From the human T2T-CHM13v2.0 reference genome, Homo sapiens: 64,000 nt of DNA. The notes beneath the pieces were generated by a model. The model ran no database searches, was not told the origin of the DNA, and worked only from the letters and a program-made list of their open reading frames with translations. The stretch lies in the NCBI RefSeq assembly GCF_009914755.1, contig NC_060937.1, one strand, 5' to 3'. This document shows, piece by piece, positions 53,420-64,000 of the stretch; positions within the stretch are counted from its first letter, which is position 1; the number at the start of each line of letters is the position of its first letter. A program made the translations under genes and the position numbers.

Positions 53420-54330
53420 AGTGTGCTGGCGTCTCTCCGTGACAGCCTGTGTGCATGGAGGTAGGCCCCCTGGAACTGCCGCATTTCAGCCCGTTTGCCC
53501 CCCAAGCCCATCAGTGACCGCAGCTCCTCTGGGCCGTGCCTGGCCGGATCTCTGGGTCCTTGGAGTGGGTATGTGGCCGCCCTTCCGTGGGCGCCTGCCG
53601 GGAGGAGGGGTCTGGGCAGCGCCTGTGCTCCAGGGAGACTGGAGGCCTGGGCCGGGGAGGCTTGTTCCCATGAGGGACACCGGGCAGGAGGGAACCGGGT
53701 GAGGTCGTTGAAGGAAGAAAGGAAACGGAGAAAGTGCTTCCCCAGCAGACAGCAGCATTGTCTGTTCCCCGTGAGGGTCAGTCCGGAAAGTTCAGGATTA
53801 GTAAATTTAATATCCTGTCAAAATTCCCGTGATAATGAGCCCTGGCTGGCCGGGCCGGCCCCGCGGCTTCAGCTCTGCAGCCGGCGAGATAGCGCGGCTG
53901 ATTGATGAGCAGGGATCGCGCTGCGCTGGCACCAAAGCGGGTGGGTGGGTGGGCGGGCGGGGGGGCGGCGGCGGCCCGCGGTGCCAGGGAGCTCGCTGGG
54001 GGCTCGCTGGGGTCTTACAGCCACCTCCGGAGCGGCCTGGCCGCAGCCCAGAGGACCACTGCGTGGCTGGATCCCGCGGGCCCTGGGTTTTGCTTTTTTA
54101 AGGAAAATCAGGAAAAGGCCTTGTAGAAAATAATCCTACAGGGATCTTTTCCTGGCCTGTTGGGGTGCCTCAATACCCATCTTTTCAGAATGGACAGGAG
54201 CGTTTCGGAGCCGGCGAGGCGGAGGTGGGGGAAGGATGGAGCTCGCTGGGGAGGAGCTCACCTCGGAGGGGACAGTGGCCAACCAGGGCGCGGCCTGGGT
54301 GGGTGGGTTTTAGGCTGTAAGGGCGATGCA
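53420..54330. promoter_or_regulatory. CpG-island-like region with GC boxes and a G4 motif
   Basis: Dense CpG at 53840-54080; GGGTGGGTGGGTGGGCGGGCGGGGGGG at 53939-53965; TGATTGAT at 53899. Confidence 0.6.
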
Positions 54331-55869
54331 AAATATGATGTTCCTCACCGAGGAGCACAGAAACCAGAAAGTTCCTGGGCAATTTGTCCGAGGCTCTGCA
54401 CCTCTCTAAGCAGCTGTCAGATCTGTACATTATGGTACATTGAATCTGAATGAGGCTCTCAACATCAAAACCCTGCATCCATTATGATATCATCTCCCGC
54501 TCTAGGCTGTAATGCTTATTAATTCTGCACCCATACTCTCCCGGCTTCAGCAAATGTATTCCATCAGCCTAGCATTTAATTTAATTAGTACAGCTGGGCT
54601 CTCATTCTCCTTTCTGTGTCAGAGGTATTGTCAGCACGTTCTGCTGTAACACAATTACTGATTGCTTTTAGATAGGCAGAAATATGATTAGGGTATTGGG
54701 TGACTGTATCATAAGCCTTATTAGATTCATTTGAAATCTGGAGATAAATAGGAAACTTTTATTTGCAGTGTAATGAGATTATGCTTATTAGGCCAAGGCC
54801 TCGCAACCTTTTGCAAAGAACACAGTGTATCCGCCGGATTATGCTCTGGAAACACACTTTCTGCTCCCAGCCTCCGAGCCATTGCTCCGCGCCTCGAGAC
54901 TGAACTGTTGTTGCCCTGCGTGCGTTTAGGATTATGGCCGCCGTGGTGTCTTCCGCATGATAAGGACCTGGGAATCCCTTTCCTTCTCCAAGTCTGCTGG
55001 AATACATACGTCTTGAAATGAGATTTCTTTTTTTTTTTTTAAGAAATGTTTTTGTAAAATCAGTGTGCAGGCTGAAAGAAATTATTCTTTTAAAAGTATT
55101 TATTTGCTTTTAAAGATGTTTGCATTTCTTAGACGTCGCTTACTGAGACTGGCATATAATGAAGGTCTTAAAAGTTCCTAGTGCTCAATCTCTAAAACGT
55201 TTATCACTGCTGTTACTGTTTTGATAACTGCTAGCACAAATCCAGAAACATGTATTTTTTTATTGGCATTTATTTGATATGCTCAAATTTCTAATATTTG
55301 TCGAGGACAAGATCTTTCTCCAACCCAAAATACGTCAGTTCTGAACAGTGTGGGGCCAGCACAAAGGGCAGGTATGATCTGAGGAAGCCTCTTGACATAG
55401 AATTTAGGGTGACAGTATATTTCACTGAGCTAAAATTGGCCAAATGTATTTATTGGTTATAAAACATAGTATTTTTATACATAAGGAAAATGATCATGAT
55501 TTTTCCTGGATACAAAGGTTTTGGAATGATACATAAATCTCGCTTTAGGAAAAATCCAAGGTGTAAAATATAAATTTGCAGAACACATGCAATTTCTCAA
55601 ACTATGAATTATTTTTTATGTCACCCTCACTCCATTTTTACCAGATCATTTATAACCTTATTGGATTTCAAAGAATCTAAGTAGATTACTTTCATGAACT
55701 CATCTATTGCATAATGCAAGTCCCACATGTAAAGTGATTGTGTTTTGGTGTTCACTTACCCAAAACCAGGAGTATGTATTTCTTAGTTAAATATGTGATC
55801 AGATCGAGATATGTAAAAAGGCATACCTATGCTGGCTCACCAAAACCCAAAGCTAAGAAGGAGCTGGCA

Positions 55870-56052
55870 GGGTCTGGAGGCTACTTGTTTAATGGCCACA
55901 GAGTTTTCCTTTGGGGTAATGGAAAAGTCTTGGCAACAGATAATGGTGATGTTTGTACCACATTGTGAGTGTGATGAATGCTGCTGAACTGTACACTGAA
56001 AATGGCTAAAACGGAAAATTTTGTGCTCTACATATTTTATCCCAGTAAAATA
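55870..56052 (+). mobile_element. L1MB-type 3' terminal fragment
   Basis: tgtttaatggccacagagttt...gataatggtgatgtttgtaccacattgtga...ctgaactgtacactgaaaatggctaaaa. Confidence 0.85.
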
Positions 56053-56749
56053 GAAAGGAAAAAGGGAGTCTGCGCCTGTGTGAGAGCCGTCAGCATGAGC
56101 TCCAGATTACGGGATGCATGGCAGTCAGTGGCTGCCACCTGTGGGTTTATGGACCATGGGGAGAGCTTCTTAGACTTCATTTCAGTCTTGATTTGGGGAC
56201 CTGTTCACTCATTCCTGCCAGCTCCATTATAGCAATTCCCACCTATTCAAATATATGGAACTCTGGTGAAGACATGGGTTCTTTCCCCAAAATGGTACAT
56301 AGCAAAGAACTTGCTTGGCCTTGGAGGGAATTCTTGGCAGCATAATTTGCAGCCGGAATTAAAATCAGCTGACTCTGGCCAAGCATTAATATTCAGCGAG
56401 CGACTGGATGAATAAGAGATGAATGAAGCCAAGAAACACCCAAACTGTTCCAGTGACGTTTTACTTTTTCAATGGCCCTGAGGAGAAGGTAGCCAGCAGT
56501 CCTGCCAGCTGCCACCTTAGAATGGGAGGCATGGCAGGGGATTCCAGGCCCCAAGGCACAGTGTAGACACCAAGGAAAGGAGAGACGCGGTGGCCGAGGA
56601 CGGCAGCAGCCAGGGCAGGCCTTCCACAGCCACCCCATCTCCACCCACCCTCCATAAATGGCCTCTGAACCCCAACAGCAAGGCTCACAAACACACTTCT
56701 CTCCTACCAGGTGGATTGCTATTTGCCCCAATGCTTTTTTTTAAATACC

Positions 56750-57420
56750 CTTTGCAATCACTGTTGTAATTTGTAATTTAAATGTTACATAAGCCACTGA
56801 AATATGAATGCAACAACAACAAAAAAAAAGAATGAATTGTTTTTTTCTGTGAAAATTAAATTGGGTATTTTGGAATGACCAGACAAAATCAAATTGCTTT
56901 TAAAAATACACGAGCGTAAATTATTGAGGAAAATCATTGAAGCCTAAGACGACATTCAGATTGTTTGACACATGGTTTTAGTTCATTGTTTCACTTTGAG
57001 GAACCTTAAAAGACGCATCTTAGATAGGTGGTGTTTATACAAGAAAGAAGACCCCATAAGCCAGTCAGCAGCCCGAAACTCAAAGAAAAGACTTTGGCAT
57101 TGAGAGGCTGAGGCAAGAGGATCATTTCAGGCCAGGAGTTCAATTCCAGCCTGGTCAACATAATGAGGCCTCATCTCTACAAATCATTTTTTTAATTAGC
57201 CAGACATGGTAGTGTGCTTGTAGTCCCAGCTACTAGGGAGGCTGACGTGGGAAAATCACTTGAGTCCAGGAGTTCGAAGCTGCAGTGAGCTATGATCACA
57301 CTACTGTACTCCAACATGGGAGATAGAGAAAGAACCCATCAAAAGACATTGGACTTACAGCAAAATATGTATGTGTTTTACGTTAAAATGTTTCTGGTGT
57401 AGATGTGTATTTTTTTGATA
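56750..57420 (+). mobile_element. Tigger (Tigger13a-like) relic interrupted by an AluJ
   Basis: ttctgtgaaaattaaattgggtattttggaatgacc...gtgtttatacaagaaagaaga...ccagtcagcagcccgaaactcaaagaaaagactttggc resembles a decayed Tigger transposase N-terminus. Confidence 0.6.
57097..57345 (+). mobile_element. AluJ, 5'-truncated, almost no A tail
   Basis: gaggctgaggcaagaggatcatt...ccaggagttcgaagctgcagtgagctatgatcacac. Confidence 0.9.
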
Positions 57421-58134
57421 CTCTAACACACGGACCAGGATCCCAATCCCAGGATCACAAACCAGAGGCCATCTGTGACAGCAGGGGGACATGAGGGGAG
57501 GGGAGGGAAGGGGAGGGGAGGGGAGAGGAAGGGAGGAGAGTGGAGCCGTCCAGGGCCCTCCTGACCCTCGGTTTTGACTATAAATAACTTGCTGACTCCA
57601 AGGTGTTCCATGGAGGTTAATGGAGGTTGCTATCAAGGTAGAATAGTCAGGGGCACGTGGACAAATGCCCCATAGAAGCATTAGAGGACAAGGGGCCAGA
57701 TCCAGCTGCTGTGATGCTGAGAACAGGGACAGAGAAGGGACTGGGATGGACAGGAGTGTAACGGGAGAGAAGCATGAACGGGCAGCTTTCTGAGCAATGC
57801 CTAGCCACTCATCTACAGAATCCTCACTTAGCTATCTCCTGGATGGGTGTGTGTTCTCTGTTTTTCCATCCAGCCTCAAAAATGAGGCTTCTCCAGGTGC
57901 ACAGAGGCACCCAGAGCAGCAGAGATGTCCCCAATCACTCCACAAGAGCCTAGGGAAGAGGGTGGCCTGAGTCTGGCCCGGAGCCAGCTGTTAGGTCAGG
58001 TCCCTGAGCTCTGGGCAGTAATGCCCAGGGGATGGAGCTTATGTCGAGCCCCAGAGCCCTCCCTGCCTCCCCAAGCTCATGACAAGAGAAGAAATGACTG
58101 AGCCTCTTCCTTACTCAGATTTCTTCTACCACAG

Positions 58135-58310
58135 AATACTGCTTGTGGTACCTGGGCTAAGGCACTCAGTGTCTCTGCTGTGTTTTGCTCACTGGTAAAA
58201 TGAGGTCGCAGTAACACCTTGTTCCTGGGCATGGCTAGGGTTTCATGGTGGTGCTGGGGGACAGACTTGCACATGCCAAGTTGCACAGTCACAGATATAG
58301 AGCACGTGAG
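58135..58310 (+). mobile_element. MIR
   Basis: acctgggctaaggcactcagtgtctctg...ctcactggtaaaatgagg. Confidence 0.55.
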
Positions 58311-58646
58311 GCACATGCGTGCACACGTGGACACAGGTCCCCAGCATGTCTGTGTCGCACCCCTGCACGCCGTCCCACCCTGCTGGGCTTTCTTCCGCTG
58401 GCTCTGCTGTGGTCCTCTCGCTACTCCTGCACGGACTCAGAATCAACAACTCCATCTTCAGACTCATTTTTTCTCTTCATATTTATACCAAAAAAAAAAT
58501 CTCATAGGCCACGTTACTTTTAACCTAATCCAGTCAAGCTCATCCGTGTGTGGATCTACGGCATCCATCTCTCTACTCTTTTGTTTTGGCCAAAGAGGAA
58601 AGATTTGGACAAAAAAAAGAGAGAAGGACAGGCCATCGGTAGGAGC

Positions 58647-59079
58647 CAGTATTTGTGTCCTGGGGCTGCCGTAACAAAGTGCCACAGCCCAGGAGGCTTG
58701 AACAGCAGAAATGTGTCCCCTCTCAGCTCTGGAGGCCGCAGACTGAGGTCCAGGTGTGGGCAGAGCCAGCTCCTCCTGAGGCTGTGGGGGACTCGGTTCC
58801 AACCTCTCTCCTGCTTCTGTGGTTCGCTGCAACCGGAGATGTTCTCCTTGCCTGGCCCATGCATGATCGCAGCTTCAGCCTTGGTCTTCTCCTGGCGTTC
58901 TCCCTGCGTGGTGCGTGGGTCCCGATTTTTACCCTCCATAAGGACATGGTTTTATGGGATTGGGCCACCTACTCCACTGTGACCTCATCTTAACGAATTA
59001 CATCTGTGAAGACTGATTCGCACTAAGGAATGTGGTTACATTCACTAATTTTGGGGGGACACACAATTCAGCCTGTAAA
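58647..59079 (-). mobile_element. MLT1C-like MaLR solo LTR
   Basis: ggggctgccgtaacaaagtgccaca...ctctggaggcc...gacctcatcttaacgaattacatctg...ggggacacacaattcagcc. Confidence 0.88.
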
Positions 59080-59860
59080 AACGCAGAAAACACTTTGTAC
59101 ATAAATGATGAATTTCACAAACAAAGGTACCGGAAAGAATCGCCACATCCTAGGCTCTCCAGCACCTTTGAGCAGCGCTGAGCAAAGTGGGTGGAGCCCA
59201 GGACTTGTCCCTGACGCTTGCTGGCAGCGAGTAGGGCTCCGACTTTCTGCTTTATCATGAAATATCTGGTGGTTTGTCACCACGTTTCCTCTGAAATGAA
59301 CTGGTACACTTGCTCTATTTCTGACTAAGGGAATCAGCTTTGTGTGTGGTCTCAGTAGAAAAGGACAATTGGACAAAAGTAGGAATGAGGCAGCAGTAGC
59401 CACACAGACCCCAGGTCACCCAGAGAACAGGGCAGAGCTTGAAAACTTGGTCAGTGACTTCGAAGTCTGCATCTAGTGTAGATGCTCGAGCTGGGATCCC
59501 CCACCCCAGGGAATCCTCAAGGCAGCTTTCCCGCAGTCTCAGATGCAGGGCTGGCCTCACCCAGGAAGCCAGAGCCCTTCCCAAGGGCTTCTAACCCACA
59601 TCCAAGGTGAGAATCACCGCTGTGGGGGTAGAGGGCAGGTGCCCATACATGCCTGGCTCCAAATGACAAAATTCAGGAGGTGAGTGAGGCTTCTCAGGGA
59701 AGAGTCTGCCTGCCCTCTGGCAGCAACTAAAGATCAGGACCCACCTGACACTTCAGGGCTTCCACATCCCCATCTTGTTTTACCTTCCTTCCTTCACTGG
59801 CAGCCCCATTATCTGAAATTTCCTAGCACTTTTCCTTCTTCAAAACTTCACCTAGCCACA

Positions 59861-61290
<1,430 letters not shown>

Positions 61291-61499
61291 ATCAAATGAA
61301 AAAGAATGTTGAAGCATTTTCCTTCCCCTGTATTTTCTCTTGTAGTTTCATAGTTTTCAGAGGAAACTTTGGGATGTGCTGGATGGTTTATGGCATGGAT
61401 TGTGGTCATGGTTTCCCAGGTCTATACCTATCTCTAATCTCACCAATTTTTATACATTAATTACGTACAGCTCTTTGTATGACAAAAAAATCAAATGAA

Positions 61500-61625
61500 A
61501 AAGAATGTTGAAGCATTTTCCTTCCCCTGTATTTTCTCTTGTAGTTTCATAGTTTTAGATCTTACATTTAAGTCTTTAATCCTTTTTGAGCTCATTTTTG
61601 TATATAGTGAAAGTTAGGGATCTAA
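61500..61625 (-). mobile_element. Antisense L1 ORF2 fragment
   Basis: gtagtttcatagttttagatcttacatttaagtctttaatcc...atttttgtatatagtg. Confidence 0.8.
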
Positions 61626-61989
61626 GGAAAAAAATAATGTTGAAAAAAATTTAGCCTAGCTTGAGTTTATTCCCTCAGGAATATATTCCCTACAAGCAGA
61701 TGAACAGATGAATGGCTGGGTTATCTAGCTCTCACTGGGACTAGTGGGCCAAGTGTATGTCATTTTAGGAGACTCCTAACTCTATCTATTGAGAACTTAC
61801 TGAGGGGAGCACTTTACTTCTCTCTTATGTCCTAGAATTGTTATGTATTGCTTGTTAAACATACAGATTCTCACCCTTTCTGCACTCTCTAAGACTCTCC
61901 GAGTTGAAATCCTTATGGAAGAGCTGGAAAATATATTTTTTTCAAAAGCATCTTTGTTATTTACAGCAATTTAGCAAGTTTAAGAAGTG

Positions 61990-62108
61990 CCATATTCTGT
62001 CTTTTAATTCCCACCACAACACTCTGAAGGAGGTATTACTATTACTCTTGGTTACTGATGAAGAAACTTGGCTTGGAAGAGTAACTTGTCATAGAGCTAG
62101 TAAGCTAT
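61990..62108 (-). mobile_element. MIR fragment
   Basis: tttaattcccaccacaacactctgaaggaggtattact...gatgaagaaact. Confidence 0.65.
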
Positions 62109-63669
62109 GGAGGCCATTTTAGACACCATGGCAGCCATTTTAGACATAGTGGCAGGGCAAATGGAAGAGATGATTGTGGGGCAGGGGAGGTTCAGCGTCT
62201 CTAATCTTTTGGTTTGTATTCATACATACATATGTCCCTCATTTTGCAGCCCTAGTTAAGAGCAACCTTATTTTTCTGGAAAAATATCTGAAAGTGTGCC
62301 AGATCACAAGGCAGCTGTCATAACTTCATGCATAAGACAAAAGAAGTGCTGAATTATGGGAAATTTCTCATCACCGTTACCTGTGGGATTCATGGGTTGT
62401 ATTATAAACTTCAAGGCAGACAGCATTGCTGTGGCTTCCAGAATAGTCAGTGCACTAAAATTCTGCATAGAAGAAAATTGCATTATTAGGTACTAAATAC
62501 ATGTTTATCACTAAATATAAAAATTTTTATCTCTAGCCTTGTTTGACAAATGAAAGCATATAAGAAGGAAATAAGAGTTAGTTTTTCTAGAATGAGTAGA
62601 TTAAATGCAAGTGTAATACTTTCTATATGTTTGTTTGATGTAGACTCAAAGGTAGAATCACAACAGAAGCAATTAGAGTAATTATTAAGTCTGCATTTAC
62701 TCCAAAAGCCCTAAGGAATATTACGTGTTCATTTGTCTGAGCCTGATATGCTTCCCGTTAAAATACATGCTGCCTCCAGAATCTTCTACCACTCTGTTCT
62801 TTGGTGGTCGCCAGTTTGGGATAATATCTGTGCCTCAGGATTGTGTCTCACTGTGATGCTCTCTATAAAGCTACTTAAGGATACAATTCCAGGAAGCTAA
62901 AGATAATACTCGAAAGTATCAATGCTCCTAGGATTATCTTCCTTAGCATTAATGATAACCGTGTATTCCCTTGAATTTTGTCCCAAGGTTAGAAGGCTGG
63001 AGGCAAAGCATTCTCAGTGAACAACTCAACTCTTCACTGTTTCTCCTCTCAGATCTCACAGAGCCAAATGCCTTCAGGATAGAGTAATTAAGTTGAGCCC
63101 ATTGCAATGGACCTTTATTATTATCTTCTAGAGCCCAAGCTCACTTCTGGGTTATCCTGTCTTAAAAATAAATGTAGATGAAAATACCCAATGCCACAGT
63201 GGGCTTTGATTTATTCTTAGCTTGTTGAGTTTTAATCATTTTATAGATATCTACAGGCTTCCATAATAATGGTAACTGTTTCCTCCATCTCGAATTGAGA
63301 AGGATGATGAATGATGTTCACTCTCAGTGGTCGGCAGATACTAAGTGTGCTAAGGCAAAGTCACACACTCTCACATTCCTACTCGTGTTCACACTACTAC
63401 TCTGTGATGAAACCGAAACTAGATTTATAATCTTTAATTTTATTTTTATTTACATAGGAAAGAAACCGATTCAGTAGCAGGTCAAATAGGGTCATTTGGG
63501 GATTCAACCAACTTATTCATTAATTAAAACACCTATCTATATGATATGTATGTGAAGACTACATGTATAGGACTTATGATCAAATTAAAGAGAAAAATAA
63601 GTAAGTATAGAAGCATCTTTGCAAAACAGTTTGTGCCACAGAAGAGTCAATGTTATCTTCCATGATGCA

Positions 63670-63868
63670 GCCTGGATTTCCAGTTCTTGCGCTTCCCAGT
63701 CTTGTGGCCTCAGGCAAGTTACTTAACCACCCTACATCCTGTTTTTCTCATGATAAGAGGGGATAAAACTGTACCTGTGTCACAGGGCTTTGAGAGGAAC
63801 CAATGAGATGCACCTGATGAACTTAGCACAGGGCCTTCACATAGCAAATACTCAAGAAATGGGAGCTG
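63670..63868 (+). mobile_element. MIR
   Basis: tgtggcctcaggcaagttacttaacc...acttagcacagggcc...catagcaaatactcaagaaatg. Confidence 0.85.
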
Positions 63869-64000
63869 TGGGCACTATTGAAGCAGCTTATATCAATGGC
63901 CAACTAGTACCCAAGCTAAGTAAAAGTTAAGCATAAGAATAGTCAGAAGAAAAACACCTTCTTTTTCTATTAAAAGAAGGAGAGCCTCCACAGGTTGAAT

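Noticed and set aside
52041-53511. Multiple 110-331 aa His/Thr- or Cys/Val-rich ORFs; CRISPR-like repeat-spacer look
   Set aside because: RY minisatellite; the linkers are related low-complexity sequence rather than unique spacers, there are no cas genes, and the DNA is primate.

Overview
This is primate (most likely human or hominoid) non-coding genomic DNA, not microbial. The evidence is ten Alu copies (AluJ, AluS, AluY-like), one near-full-length decayed L1PB (about 8796-14969, minus strand), L1PA/L1M fragments, MIR, L2, MaLR and ERVL solo LTRs, and hAT/Tigger DNA-transposon relics. I can support no host protein-coding gene, RNA gene or CRISPR array. The only ORFs with real protein homology are broken LINE-1 ORF1/ORF2 pieces; the other long ORFs are low-complexity or chance. 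Between the repeats lie two gene-less CpG-rich blocks (about 33.0-34.7 kb and 53.4-54.3 kb) and several repeat-free AT-rich blocks dense in homeodomain/TALE/TCF motifs. I infer a developmental enhancer landscape in a gene desert or large intron. The best leads are: (1) a possible ancient L1PB 3' transduction, (2) a three-hairpin, CpG-retaining element at about 1.55-1.73 kb, (3) short tandem arrays that multiply TF-like motifs (nuclear-receptor, RE1-like, TAATCC+GATA, E-box), and (4) a 99%-identical 199-bp tandem duplication. Repeat subfamily calls were made by eye from remembered consensus sequences, boundaries are approximate, and the locus was not identified. No new biological system is demonstrated by the sequence alone.
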